Below are positions 38,626 to 52,049 of a stretch of DNA of 64,000 nucleotides, piece after piece (the first letter of the stretch is position 1; the number at the start of each line of letters is the position of its first letter). The DNA is from Chiloscyllium plagiosum. Its lineage: Eukaryota. The notes under the pieces are model-generated. The model saw nothing but the letters and a program-made list of their open reading frames with translations, was not told the origin of the DNA and ran no database searches. Made by a program: the position numbers and the translations under genes. The stretch covers positions 99,121,780 through 99,185,779 of the forward strand of contig NC_057718.1 in NCBI RefSeq assembly GCF_004010195.1, written 5' to 3'.

Positions 38626-39166
38626 CTATCAATGTTATTTTGCCATGGTAGCCATGGTGATCCAAGTTAGGCCAAACAACTAGGGGAAGACCTCCCACCA
38701 ACATTTCAGGGAGATTCCTTTGGGCAATTGATGACTGGGCCTCCTGTCCCTTTTCAAATGCAATGACGAGATCGCTAAGAGCTAAGTTCAGGAAGCAGCA
38801 GATCCTCAGTCTCATCAGCGCCATCATGAGCAATGGTTCTTGCTGGTACTGCAGCCAATCAGTAGCAACCTCAAAGGAGGAGGCCCCGAAGTAAGCCCCA
38901 ATGAGAGTATTGGGAGGGAAGGGAGGAGGGCATGGTGTAGGGGATTAGACATCCTGTAGAGTGACCTTTGCAGGTAGGTGGTTCCTCTGTGGCCCAAACA
39001 TGACCAGAACCCCCTGCCTTAAAACTGCAAGGAGCTGCCAGATTTTACTGGGCAGTGTTTGGAGGAATGAAGCCCTTAAGTGGTCCTTAATTAGCCAGTT
39101 AAGGGGCTCAGTTGATCTTCAGCAGGAAGGCTTTGACTTATCTTCCTTGCCACTGAGTGAATTGGA

Positions 39167-39388
39167 ACTGAAAAATGTGTTGCTGGAAAAGCGCAGCAGG
39201 TCAGGCAGCATCCAAGGAGCAGGAGAATTGATGTTTCGGGCATAAGCCTTTCTTCAGATTCCTGAAGAAGGGCTTATGCCTGAAACATCGATTCTCCTGC
39301 TCCTTGGATGCTGCCTGACCTGCTGCGCTTTTCCAGCAACACATTTTTCAGCTCTGATCTCCAGCATCTGCAGTCCTCACTTTCTCCT
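39167..39388. mobile_element. Penelope-like fold-back insertion, family B, with 15-bp TSD
   Basis: ACTGAGTGAATTGGA at 39152-39166 and 39389-39403; arms meet at ~39257/39258. Confidence 0.88.
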
Positions 39389-40039
39389 ACTGAGTGAATT
39401 GGACAGAGTTGACCAGGCAAAAGGAACTCCACGCCTTCAAGACACAAGTTCCCTTGTCCTATTGCCATCAAGTCTAGATCTGTACTCTTTCCAGCAAGGA
39501 CAGAGGTAGAAATATTTCAATTTAAATATTTTTCACCTAAAAAGTCAAGGTCTACTTTAACATTTAACCCTGTTGAACCCTAGACCAGCAAATGCAGCAG
39601 GGTGTGACTTGTGGGAGTGAAATTGGACCCCTCCTAATCCATCTGACATACTGTGACACTTTCTTTTCCAATTCACTCTTGGGATGTGAGAATCACTGGA
39701 AAGACCAGCATTTATTTCCCATAGTAATTGTTGCAGAGGGGCTGCAAATCTCTTGAGTGAAGTTGCTATTAGCCTATTAGTCAGTTCCAGGATTTGGTTC
39801 AAGTTTGTCATGGTTATAATTTGACTGACAATACGCTCAGTTTGCATTAATATGATGTCCATCTTTCTCTGCCTAAAGCTTCCAGTGTAGACAGGCAGGA
39901 GGCTGGAAGAACACAGCAAGTCAGGCAGCATCAGGAGGTGGAGAAGTCAACTTTTCAGGTGTAACCCTTCTTCGGGACTGGGGGTGGGGGCGTCCAGTAC
40001 CTTGTTGAGACATTAATGCCGGACACTCCTGCATCTAAG

Positions 40040-40360
40040 TCCAAATGTTCCAAGTTCTCGTTTTAATCCAGAGACGTGAGCCTATAGTCTCTCTAATGTT
40101 CCAGTGCACTGCTGAGGTTGTGCTGCACTGTCAGAGGTTCCCTCTTTTACAGTAAGACGTTAAATCCAAACTCTCTCAGCTGGATGCAGAAGATCCCTTG
40201 ACAGCACTCAGCTCAGTTCTTTCTGTAACCCTGACAACCCAGTTATTCATTGGACGTGCTGGTTATTTATTTCATTGCTGTTTGTGGGAGCTTGCTGTGC
40301 TGAAATTGGCTGCCACCTTTCCTCTGTTACCCCAGTGGCAGTACTTGAAAAGATTTCCAT
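40040..40360 (+). mobile_element. DeuSINE-like SINE
   Basis: CCAGTGCACTGCTGAGG..GTGCTGCACTGTCAGAGG..AGACGTTAAA...CATTGCTGTTTGTGGGAGCTTGCTGTGC..AAATTGGCTGCC. Confidence 0.62.
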
Positions 40361-41187
40361 TTGCTTGTAGGTGAGGTACAGCTTATAGGAGCAGGGAGGT
40401 TATGCTGGAGCTGTACAGAACTCTGATGGGTCACAGCTGGAGTACTGTGTGCAGTTTGTAGGTTTAGAGAAGATTTGAGGAAGAGGGTCTTCACCCAGAG
40501 GATAGTGGGGTGTAGAATGCATTGCCTGGGAGGGTAATTGAGGCAGGAAATGTCATAACTTAAAAAAATACTTTGGATGAGGCCTTGAAGTGCTCTAACA
40601 TTCAAAGTTGCAGGCCTACACAGGAAAATGGGGCTACTGAAGGTGGTAGTATAATTTTGGCCACACAGATGCGAGGTCAGAGGTCAGTAATGTAATGGTT
40701 CTATGAGAGGTTTGAGATGTCTTGTGGTTATGAATGTGAGCCAGCCTTTCTTCCTTAAACTATTTCAGATTGAAAAATGCTGACTGTTGACATGTTTTAA
40801 AATTGTACCTTTTCCTGATTGACCATTTAAGGATCAGAATAAGAACCAATTGCTGCATGTGAATTTGTAGTGCAAATGCAAACAAGTCTCACCTATCTGT
40901 CTTTAAGTCAAGGTACAAAGGCACCAATAGCCCTTTCTATTTTCTTTCAAATTGTGTGTATAAATGCTGTGAAGTTTGTTAATTATCAAACAAACCATTG
41001 TTCTCCCCATTAAAAGACTCAATGTACAATAACTCAAAATGACATTTGAATGGACACTGTTTGTTGCTTATCCTCATCAATGTAGGATCAGTGCCTGGGG
41101 GAAATATAGCTCAATGTGGGGCTACAGAAGTGAAGTTTAAGATAAGATAACATTGCATCAAAAAGTGCAACTAGAAATATGGCCTGG

Positions 41188-41497
41188 ATACATACACACA
41201 GACTCTCACACGCACACTGACAGCAACGCACACAGACATAACCGGCCCCCCAACACACACTGACACATACTGACAACAGACACATGCACAGACACATATT
41301 GGCGCGCGCACACAGACACATTGACACATGCACACTGACATAGACTGACAGACACACACACATACTGGTACACGACAGACTGACAGACGCGCACACACAC
41401 ACAGACACATTGAGACACACACACTGACATAGACTGACAGACACACACACACACATACTGGCACACAGACACAGATTGACACTGACACGCACACACA
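41188..41497. repeat. Degenerate (CA)n/(CAGA)n low-complexity microsatellite
   Basis: CACACAGACAC/ACTGACA runs; source of the spurious Cys/Val-rich ORFs. Confidence 0.9.
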
Positions 41498-42066
41498 ACC
41501 ATATTTTTGTGAACAAAAATGTGAGGGATGGGGTGGTGAGGTTACGTTTCGTTGTAAAATCACAAGATATGAACTCACCATAGCTTAATTCTTTTGGTCA
41601 GCAGTGCTACTTTCCCAGGATTGATCAGAAAAGGGTAATTGTAGTCCTGGGCGGAAGCAACGCTAACTCAATAAAGAATCAATTGGGACAACTGTTTTCC
41701 CTGAGGGTATTGGATCAGCCATGCTGAGAATGTTCCATCGGAATGATTCCCGTTTTAGTTTACTTGTTGGAATTATAAAGATCACATGGAGAGTCTTGGG
41801 TGAATGGAAGCCACAATTGTTAACTTGTACATTGATGTCATAGTGTGATCATTGTACTCGAATTCACAATTATCAGTGACTTATCAAAACAATCTGCTTA
41901 ACAATTCAGTGACTGTTAGTGTTTGTGATGAGCATAATTACATGAAATGTAATGGGTTTGTAACTGGGGATTGCTGCCTTTTTTTTCTTTTGTCCCTTAC
42001 TTCCAAGTCATAAAGTAGTGAAAGACCTCTTTCTGTATGTTCAAAAAAATTCTCTTTTGAATGTTA

Positions 42067-42281
42067 TGATGTGGAGATGCCAGTGTTGGACTGCGGTCAA
42101 CTAAGTTAAAAGTCACACCACACCAGGTTATAGTCCAACAGGTTTATTTGGAAGCACTAGCTTTTGGAGCGCAGTCCCTTCATCATCTTTCACCATCTGA
42201 TGAAGGAGCAGTGCTCTGAAAGCTAGTGCTGCCAATTAAACCTCTTGGACTATAACCTGGTGTTGTGTGACTTTTAATTTT
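42067..42281. mobile_element. Penelope-like fold-back insertion, family A
   Basis: Inverted arms around ~42185-42195; plus-strand core CTGATGA (42197-42203) AGGAGCAGTGCTCTGAAAGCTA. Confidence 0.82.
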
Positions 42282-42884
42282 GAATGTTAAAGCTTAGAAG
42301 TGACTGTTGGTAAACAGTCAATCTGATTGCAAGAAAGTGAGATTAAAGGTTTTTTAATGAAGTACATGTTCCAACCAGGAAGCCTGAAGCCAGCCTGCGA
42401 TTCTATCTTGAGTCTTATTTAACATTTTCTGAACAAGCCCCTGAGGCACTCCACCTATTTTAAGACAGTCCAGATATTGCAGAGTTGAGGAAGTAAGCCA
42501 ATAGCTTTCGGATTCAGCGTGTTGATTTTATTTTTGAAATGAGAAATCCTTTTGGTGGTGGTATTTGCTTAGATGATAGGCTGTGTTGCTGCTCTACAAT
42601 GTCCAATTTGGACTGAAGTGGACACTCCTTTATATACAGTAATTCAAAGGTCTCCTGCTACTTTAAGCAGCTTCCTATGTCTATTGTAAATGGCCTGATA
42701 TGATATGAGATGGACGTCCTGAAGGCATTCTTCATATTCCAGTTGTTCCTCTGAAATTGCCCCTCATTACAGTAGCAAAGGATGAACCACTTGAGCCTTA
42801 ACAAGAAAAGGCAATTGTCTTTTCAAGATGTAACGATTTCAATCAAGCAATAAACTGCAAGTTACATTGACTAATTCGACCAAA

Positions 42885-43725
42885 TACCAAGAACTAGGGC
42901 GCATAGGTTTAGAGTGAAAGCAGAAAGATTTAAAAGGGACTGAAGAGGCAACTTTTTCATGCAGAGGGTGGTGTGTGTATGGAATGAGTTGCTAGAGGAA
43001 GTGGTGGAGGCTGGTACAGTTACAACATTTAAAAGGCACCTGGATGGGTAATTGAATAAGAAGGGTTTAGAGGAATATGGGCCAAATGCTGGCAAATGGG
43101 ACTAGATTAGGTTAGGATATCTGGTCGGTGTGGACGAGTTGGACTGAAGGGTCTGTTTCTGTGCTGTACATCTCTATGATTCTATCAGGAGACATCAATG
43201 ACATGGAGTCATACAGCACAGCAACAGATCTTTTGGGCCAATTAGCCCATGCCAACCATAATCCCAAACTAAACTGGTCCCAAGTATCAGCGGCTCATCT
43301 GTCTCCATCAGGATCTTGACCAGGCTTTGAAGACTGTACGGCATCGTTAGATTGGTAAGCCTTCAAGTAGTCTCTAATATTAACCCGTTTGGAACCATCA
43401 CCTCATGCGACACCATGTTTGTTTCAAATAATTGATAAGGTATAAGAGTTCAGAAAATATTTACAAGGAATGTTGCCAGGGTTGGAGGGTTTGAGCTACA
43501 GGGAGAGGCTGAGTAGGCTGGGACTGTTTTCTCTGGAGCATCGGAGGCTGAGGGGTGACAACATTTAAAAGGCATTTGGATGGACATATGAATAGGAAGG
43601 GTTTGGAGGGATATGGGCCAAATGCTGGCAAATGGGACTAGATTAGATTAGGATATCTGGCTGGCATGGGCGGGTTGGGCCGAAGGGTCTGTTTCCGTGC
43701 TGTACATCTCGATGACTCTATGATA
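42885..43725 (+). mobile_element. Two CR1/HER1 3' fragments (~42885-43185, ~43450-43725) plus a short opposite-strand tail (~43205-43280)
   Basis: Same family as 11997-12445; CTCTATGA(T/C)TCTAT tails. Confidence 0.8.
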
Positions 43726-43844
43726 TATTTCCAGCTGTCTCAATGGAGGCATTCAGGGGATGTCAGCATCACTGACAAGGCCAGCATTGATTGCCTGCTG
43801 AAAGAAATTATCTGGTTACTTTCACATTGCTGTTTCTGGGAGCT

Positions 43845-44112
43845 AGGAGAAAAGTAAGTACTGCAGATGCTGGAGACCAGAGCTGAAAAATGTGGTGCTG
43901 TAAAAACACAGCAGGCCAGGCAGCATCCAAGAATCGACGTTTCGGGCGTAAGCCCTTCTTCAGGTATCCTGAAGTCGAGAGGGTGTTGTTGGAAAAGCAC
44001 AGGTCAGGCAGCATCTGAGAAGCAGGAAAATCAATGTTTTGGGCAAAAGTTTCCTGAAGAAGGGCTTATGCCCGAAACATCGATTCTCCTGCTCCTCGGA
44101 TGCTGCCCGGCC
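43845..44112. mobile_element. Compound family-B PLE insertion in a DeuSINE tail, 17-bp TSD
   Basis: TGCTGTTTCTGGGAGCT at 43828-43844 and 44113-44129; two direct segments followed by an inverted arm. Confidence 0.78.
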
Positions 44113-44162
44113 TGCTGTTTCTGGGAGCTTCCTGTGTGTAAAATGGCTGCCTTGCTGCTTAT

Positions 44163-44358
44163 AGGCGAAAGTGAGGACTGCAGATGCTGGGGATTAGAGT
44201 TGAGAGCGTAGTGCTGGAAAATCACAGCAGCATCCGAGGAGCAGGAGAATTGACATTTCGGGCAAAAGCCCTTCATCAGGAAACTTTTGCCCGAAACATT
44301 GATTTTCCTGCTTCTCGGATGCTGCCTGACCTGTGCTTTTCCAACACCACCCTCTCAA
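44163..44358. mobile_element. Family-B PLE fold-back insertion, ~16-bp imperfect TSD
   Basis: CTGCCTTGCTGCTTAT (44147-44162) versus CTGCCTTGTTTCTTAT (44359-44374); arms meet at ~44281. Confidence 0.75.
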
Positions 44359-47300
44359 CTGCCTTGTTTCTTATGCTCCAGCTTCACACATATCTTCAAA
44401 AAGACTTCACCGACTGTAAGGTGCTCTGGGGCATCCGAAGGACATTAAGTGAGTGCTTAGCAAAGCAATGACGACAATCTCTAATTCAGTTTGAAATGAG
44501 TCAAAATTCATTTCTATTTAGGTGTGATATGTCAAAGTCAGGAAATAGTTTCCAGCACAGTCAGATGTGCCAGCAGTAATTGTAAATCAAAAATTACATG
44601 CATGTCTGTCAGTTCTCTCAGCCACACCTGTGGCCCCACCTATCACAACATTTTTTTATGATTTGTTAAGTCCCAGATTTTCACTTTCCACAAAGTCAAG
44701 TGACTGCTGTAATTGTGGTGTCTGGGTACAGGCAGAGAGAGTCTGCACGGGTAAACCTAGCAGTTACTGTTCATAGTAAAACAAATGTTATTTTATCTTC
44801 ATCATGCTACACATAATGTGGAGTGGCAATCACTGACATTTTTCTAACCTGGAGCGGTGGGTGGAAGAGAAAAAGACTTTTGGTTCAAAATTGTTGTTTA
44901 TCTGCAATGTGTTTATGTAAATACAAATTTCTCCAGCAAGTGATTTGTCTTTTGTTTGCCTTTCAGACTTTTCAAGACAAAGAACAAAGGCCTTACTGGC
45001 TTAGCTGACAGCAACTTGCTAATCAACCCCTTCCTTTTTAGTCAAGCAAATGTCAATGAGGTGGATAAGTGTCCGACTCCCAGCTGGCAAGTTGCAGTTA
45101 CTCAAAAAGACCTATGTGGATTCCTACAGCTTCTTAGCTGTGGCTGTACTTAGTTCGTAGCCTGGAGTATGTACAGAGTACATCCCACCGGGTTGTGTCC
45201 CGATGCTGTTGAATAAGCAAGTGTCAGCATCTCCACGGGTCTCAGTGAGGGATGCCATGGAACTATCGGGAAGCCATGATTTATTATCTGAGAAATTCAC
45301 TGTCAATCTAGGCAGGGTTCAGAGAGTCAAGTTCCCTAATGTGATGTAAGATTTCTTTATATCTCATGAAAGCACAGGCAGCTCAATCTGACTGGGAACA
45401 TACAATCCTCGGTGTTAAGTCACTTGTAGTTGAGGATCACCACTTTCTCGCAATGCAATCCTCAATTGACTCTCTCAGTTTTTTCCATCCCTTAATTAGC
45501 ATCAATCCTGCAAAACTAAAATGAACGCAACCTGCAAGATGTGGAGAATGAGTAGCATATACATATTGAGAGCCTGAATTGAGGATAACCAGACCTCTGA
45601 TGCTGATGATGGCTAAATTTGAAAGATTAAGAAAAGCATTTAAATTGAAGTGCAAGTGGCAACAGAAGGACAACATTTTGAAAATATGAATAATTTTTGA
45701 TTGCTTCTGGATCGAAGACAGCAACAATGAAACCCAGGGTGCCTTGTATATCATGGTTAGAGAGGCTGCGAGATTGTGTAAACAAATGACCAAACACAGC
45801 ATGAAAGTATATTATGGGAATCGTACCCTCAGTATCGCCACATCACATGGAAAGATATGATTGTGTTCTCACAACCTCAATTAATCTCCTTCTAGACTGT
45901 CAATGGTAGAAATCAGGCCAAAACATAATGTTGTGCCAGGAGACACAGTAGGGAAAAGGAACTTGGGTGGGATTTCCAGTCTGAAACGATTCAATAACTA
46001 CATGAGTCAATTTGCAGCATTGGCTGTTTAACAGATTTTATTTGGGATTAACAATGAAATGAATTTTAGACTGTGTTGCAATTGTATTATCTTGTGGAAA
46101 AGCACGGTATGCTTTTATTTGTGTTTGTGGCTCTGAAGCAGTTGTTTAAGTAAAGTTGAGAAATCTTTATAAATGTTTGTTTAGGAATGTAGTGCCTGAG
46201 GATTGGCTCCAGAAAATTGCTACATAAATTCTTAGGCGAGCAACGTGCACCCACTTGACTTATGCCAGGCTTGTCATAGGCTGTATAATTTATGCGAGGG
46301 TTTTACCATTCCTGTTTGCATTGTATTTTGTTCGCATAATGTTTATGGCGTTAGCTGCAACAGCAGTTTGATTTAACAGAAAACATATTTTTGGAGCACA
46401 GTATGAAAATGCTTGACAGAGGCCTTTTGAGATTATTTTAAAAAAGAAATCTTTGATAGCACAGGAGATGTTTCCACTTGCGGGAGAGGCCAGACCAGGG
46501 ATTGTGTATAAGACAGTCCCTAATAAATCCAATGGAGAGTGGATTCTTTAGTCAGGGAGCAATGGGAATGTGGAACTCATTACCAGACAGAGTATTTGTG
46601 GTGAATACCATACGTGCATTTAAGAAGAAGCTGGATAAATATATGCAGGAGATAACAAGGTTGAGGTGTCAATAATCAGGGGGTGCAACATTAAACTAAG
46701 CAGTGGAAGGATTAGAGTGCATTGAGGAGAAATAGTTTCACTCAGAAACACAACAGAGTAGACCTTGTGGTGTGCTTGAAGTGTAAAGGGCCAACTATTG
46801 CTACTGAGCATACATGTAAGCAGTTATATTGCAAGCCACATCAGATTGCATAGAAGTGGAAATCAAGTCTGTCAGGTTCCAGATGTATATTAATGCTTAA
46901 TAAAGGTTTATTGGAATGTGTGTGCACTGCCTTCAATCAATAGTAAGGTAAGTTGTTAAACTCTCCTGGGGCTGCTGTCTCATTACAGGGAGACAGATTA
47001 ACCCATCACAAGCTAAAGGTCACCAGGAGTCAGGTAACGGGAGAAGGAGGGACTTTCATGGTAACCTCAGCTGATGTGGAACTTGCCAATGGTGCAGGTT
47101 CATCACTTTTCATCTCAAATCAGCTGTCCAGTTAACTGAGCTAACCACCAATAACTCTGACCTGATATTATGACACAAGGAAGACTTGGTCTCTTTGACC
47201 ATCTCTGGAGATGTCCTGCTGTACTTGATGTAAGTACTTGAGACTCTGTTACGTGATGCACACTCTCATGGCCTTGCTCTGAGACCCACAGCATGAGGAA

Positions 47301-48581
47301 GGGGGCAGGATGTCGCACCTTCCTAAAACCTTCGCTGGAATGATCCAAACTCTGCACACTCCTACTCCAACGACTCAGCTTTCAGAAATGATCAGATATT
47401 GACCTCCTGGTGCAGGTTCCAGCCAATGAACAGCACGGTTAGTGTTGGTTGGATGCTGTACTCATGTAAACTTAAACCATGAGGCATAGTCTGAGAATTA
47501 GGACCTGACTGTTCGTGAGAAATGTATAAGGAATATGGGTCAAAGGCAATTATATGGAGTTAGGCCACAGATGCCATAATCTTATTGAATGGTGGAGCTG
47601 GCTTGAGGGGCTGAATGGCCTGCTCCTCCTCAAAGTTTTTATGGAAAATAGAAGCAAGAGTAGTCATTGAGTCCTCCAGCACGGAGACAGGCCCTTTGAC
47701 CCAAATTGGTCCATGCTGACCGAAATGGCCATCCACACTAACCCCATTTCCTTGCACTTGGCCCATATCCTTCTAATCTTTTCCTAACCATGTATTTGTC
47801 CAAATGCCTTTTAAATATTGTTACTGTACCTGCCTCAACCACTTCCACTGGCAGCTCATTCCATATGCGTACCACCCTCTGTGTAAAAAAGTTTCCCCTC
47901 AGGTTCCCTTTTATTCTTTCCCCTCTAACCTTAAACTGATGCCCTCTAGTCCTCGATTCCCCAACCCTGGGGAAATTACTGAATGTATTCACTCTATCCA
48001 TGCTTCTCACGATATTATACACCTCTTTAAGATCCCCCTCAGTCTCCTACGCTCTAAAGAAAAGAGTCTCATCTTGTCCAACCTCTCCCTATAACTCAGA
48101 CTGTTGAGTCCTGGCAACATCCTTGTAAATTGCTTCTGCACTCTTTCCAGTTTAATAGCACCCTTCCTATAGCAAGGTGACCAAAACTGAACACAACACT
48201 CCAAGTGCGACCTCATCAATGTCTTGTATAACTGCAACATAACTTCCAAACTTCTATCCTCTGAGTCCTGACTGAAGGTCAGTGTGCCAACAGCCTTCTT
48301 CAATGCCCTGTCTACCTGTGATTCCACCTTTAGAGAACGGTGCACCTGAACCCCAAGGTCCCTCTGTTCCACTACACTCCTTAAGGCCCTACCATTCACT
48401 ATGAAACTCCTACCGAGATTTGACTTTCCAAAATGCAAGCGTTCATATTTATCTGTATTAAACTCCATCTGTCATTTCTCAGTCCGCTTCCCAGCTGTTC
48501 AAGGTCCTGCTGCAATTTCTGATAATCTTCCTTACTGTCCATGATACCATCATTTTAGTGTAATCTCCAACCTTACCAATC

Positions 48582-48695
48582 ATGATTTGGAGATGCTGGT
48601 GTTGGACTGGGGTGTACAAAGTTAAAAATCACACAACACCAGGTTATAGTCCAACAGGTTTAATTGGAAGCACATTAGCTTTCGGAGTGACGCTC
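48582..48695 (-). mobile_element. Family-A PLE fragment nested in the CR1 RT
   Basis: ATGATTTGGAGATGCTGGTGTTGGACTGGGG...TAGCTTTCGGAGTGACGCT; flanks share AATCATG. Confidence 0.8.
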
Positions 48696-49515
48696 TTTGC
48701 TAATCATGCCTTGGAAATTCTCATCCAAATCATTGATATAGTTAGCAAACAGCAATGGGCCCAGCACTGACCCTTGAGGCACTCCACTCTTCACAAGCCT
48801 CCAAACTGACAATCATCCTTCCATTATTACCCTCTGCTTCCTATTATCAAGCCCATTTTGTATCCAATTTGCCAGCTCACCCTGGATGCCATGCGATCTA
48901 ACCTTCCAGAGCAGCCTACCCTTGGAACCTTATCAAAGGTCTTCCTGAAATCCATTTGGACTATGTCTACTGCCCTGCCATCGTCAACCTTCCTGGCCAC
49001 TTCATTAAAGAACTCTAACAAATTTTTGAGGCATGATCTCCCATGTACTAAGCCATGCTGACTATTCCTAATCAAACTCTGTCTTTCCAAATGCATGTAT
49101 ATCTTATCTCTCAGAATCTTCTTGAGTAACTTACCTACCACAGATGTTAGGCTTCCTGGTCTATTGTTCCCTGGATTTTCTTCAGCGCCCTTCTTGAATA
49201 AGGGCACAACAGTCACTACTCTCCAGTCTTTGAGGATCTCACCCATGGCTAATGATGATGTATAAATATCAGCCACAGTCCCCACAATTTCTTCTCGAGT
49301 CTCTTGCAGCGTTCTTGGATATATCTGGTCAGGACCAGGAGGTTTATCCACCTTCATACATTCAAATGCATTCAATACCTCCTTTGCTGTGAAATGGACT
49401 GTCCCCAAGATATCACCACTGAATTCCCCAAGTTCCCAAGTCTTCTTGTCTTCCTCCACAGTAAATACAGAGGAGAAATATTCATTGAGGACCTCACCCA
49501 TCTCCTGCGGTTCTA

Positions 49516-49811
49516 TACATACATGTCCACTTTGACCCTTGATGGCTCCTATTCTCTCTCTACTTATTCTTTTTCTTTAAGTACCTCCTTGGATTCACCC
49601 TAATCTTCTCAGCCAAGGCTATCTCGTGCCCCCTTTTACACCCTCCTGTATTCCCTGTTACATACATGTCCACTTTGACCCTTGATGGCTCCTATTCTCT
49701 CTCTAGTTATTCTTTTTCTTTAATATCCTTAAAGTACCTCCTTGGATTCACCCTAATCTTCTCAGCCAAGGCTATCTCGTGCCCCCTTTTACACCCTCCT
49801 GTATTCCCTGT
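49516..49811. repeat. Tandem duplication (143 + 153 bp) inside the CR1
   Basis: TACATACATGTCCACTTTGACCC...GTATTCCCTGT at 49516-49658 and 49659-49811; copies differ by a ~10-nt indel. Confidence 0.9.
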
Positions 49812-51345
49812 GTACCTCCAGGGATTCCCCTGATCCCAGCTGCCTGTACCTGAATCACGCCTCCTCCTTTTTTTCTGATCAAAGCCTCAATGTCTCTTGT
49901 CATCTAAGGTTTCCTATTCCTGTCAACCTTGCCCTTCACCCACACAGGAACATATAGACCCTTGTACTCTAGCTATCTCACTTTTAAAGGTCTCCTACTT
50001 GCTAGAGGTCCTTTTGACCTGAAAATAAAACTGCTCCAATCAAGCTCCTGTCTAATTCCAGCAAAATTTGCCTTGCCCCAATTTAGAACTTGATCCTGTG
50101 GACCAGTTTTGTCCCTCTCCATAACTATTTAAAAATTAATAGAACTATGGTCACTGGTCCCTATGTATGCCTCCCCATTGTCACCTCCCTCACCTGTCCT
50201 GCCCTATTTCCCAAGAGTAGGTTGAATTTTGCTCCTTCCTGAGTAGGACCCTCTATATGCTGCTTGAACGCACTTAACAAATTCCACTCTGTCTGAGCCC
50301 TTAACGCTATGGCAGTCCCAGTCTATTTTAGGAAAATTAAAATCCCCTGCTATGACAACCCAATTGCTTCTGCAAGTCTCCCCAGTCTCCCTGCATATGC
50401 TTTCCTCTAATTCCCATTGACTATTTGGCGGCCTATAGTACAATCCCAATAACATCACCATCCCCTTTTTATTTCTCAGCTCCACCCACAAAGCCTCACT
50501 GGATTATCCTTCCGTTATTTCATCTCTGATTACTGCTGTGATACTCGCCTTAATCAAAGATGCAACTCCCCCTCCCCTCCTTCCTCCACCTCTGTCCTGC
50601 CTAAAGCACCTGTACCCTGGCACATGAAGCTGCCAGTCCTGTCCCTCCCTTAACCATTTTCTGTCATGGCTATAATATTCCAGTCCCATGTACCTATCCA
50701 TGCCCTGAGTTCATCAGCCTTACCTGTCAGCCCTCTTCCACTGAAATAGATGCAATTAGGCATTCCTCGCTCAGTCATTTTCCAACATGACTTCACTTTA
50801 CTATTTCTGATTAGTGTATCTCCTTCTAGCCTCGCCCTTGCCTCCCTGCTGCTGAGGATCGCATCTCCTTCCAATCTAACCCTCCCTTGTAGCATGAGCA
50901 AACCTGGCCACCAAGATTTTGGTCCCCCTCCAATTCAGATGCAACCCGTCTCTCTTGAACAGGTCACCTTTGCCTGAGAAAAGATCTCAATGATCTAAGA
51001 ATCTGAAGCTCTGTACCCTGTACCAATTCTTTGGCCACACATTCATCTGCCATGTCCTTCTGTTCGTTTGGTCTTTGAGCTTGCTCTGCTATTGACTATG
51101 ATCATGGATGATCATCCAACTCAATTGCCTGTTCCCACATTTCCTCTGTATTCTTTCATCCTTCTTGCCCCAAATGCTACATCCAACTATTTCTTGAATT
51201 CATACATTGTTTTGGCCTCAGCTTTTTGCAATTTCACCACACTCAAGGTAAAGAAATCTCTCTTGTTATTGTGTATGAAGCATGAATTACAGTTTACAAG
51301 GTCATACAGCATGGAAACAGACCCTTTGGTTCAGGCAGATTGGCT

Positions 51346-51440
51346 TCACAACCACCTGATGAAGGAGCGTCGCTCCAAAAGCTAGTGCTTCCAATTAAAC
51401 CTGTTAGACTCTAACCTAGTGTTGTGTGACTTTTAACTTT
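51346..51440 (+). mobile_element. Family-A PLE fragment
   Basis: CACAACCACCTGATGAAGGAGCGTCGCTCCAAAAGCTAG (core G12 mutated to A). Confidence 0.78.
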
Positions 51441-52049
51441 ATTTTTTCACTGTGAGTCTTTGCAATTGTATAACGTCTCCCATTTGGGTCAGAAGTCAAT
51501 CCAGAGCTATATGTCTCCCTGTTTTATCTGCCGCCTGAGTTGCTGGTTTTCGCAACTTTTCCCCCAAAACACACATCCCTCCTTTCTACTTGATTTTATT
51601 AGGTAGGTTATCCAATCCAGCATTCTCACTTCCTAAGGGATCTCATGATCTGAGCTCGCAGGCCTGTAAACAGGTTAATTATCTGCGGAGGTGTTATCTG
51701 AGGATGGATTACATGAGCCTGTTTAAAGGTTTCTGCAAGAACTAGGCTCACTCAGATAGACAAGTAAACAGATTCCTAATTACGAGTCAATGAGTAGCCC
51801 TTTCTGCACTGCTGCCTGACAACGTTCGAACCACCTGCTCGTAACAATCTCCCTTTGCAGCAGATTATCAGCTTTTTCTGAAAGGTGCTTATCGCCTCTT
51901 TTGATAAACACCGGAGGGGGGGGGGAATCTTTTTGACTAGCATCTAAATCAGGCTGGAGGGATGTGGAGGAGGGGAATTTCATGATAATGGCCTGATGAC
52001 ATAAATGTGAATTCCAGCATAACTTTTATTCATTTGTGGGATGTAGATT

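Larger units (their letters stand above)
47660..51065 (-). mobile_element. Long decayed CR1 LINE: ORF1 esterase C-terminus, APE endonuclease, RT and 3' UTR
   Basis: DLFKRDGLHLNWRG (SGNH block V, ~50970-50920); WVELRNKKG..GLYYRPPNS..VIAGDFNFPKIDW (APE); DWRVVTVVPLFKKG, QHGLVHGRSC and MDFRKTFDKVP (RT); QRDLGVQVHRSLKV; many stops and frameshifts. Confidence 0.92.

Noticed and set aside
38680..39120. GC-richer block with internal palindrome (CCCTTAAG...TTAAGGGG) as a regulatory element
   Set aside because: It resembles other degraded blocks (~29540-29930, ~56880-57340) and is probably an old non-autonomous DNA transposon; termini could not be defined.
41088..41581. Cys/Val-rich ORFs
   Set aside because: Translation of a degenerate (CA)n microsatellite.
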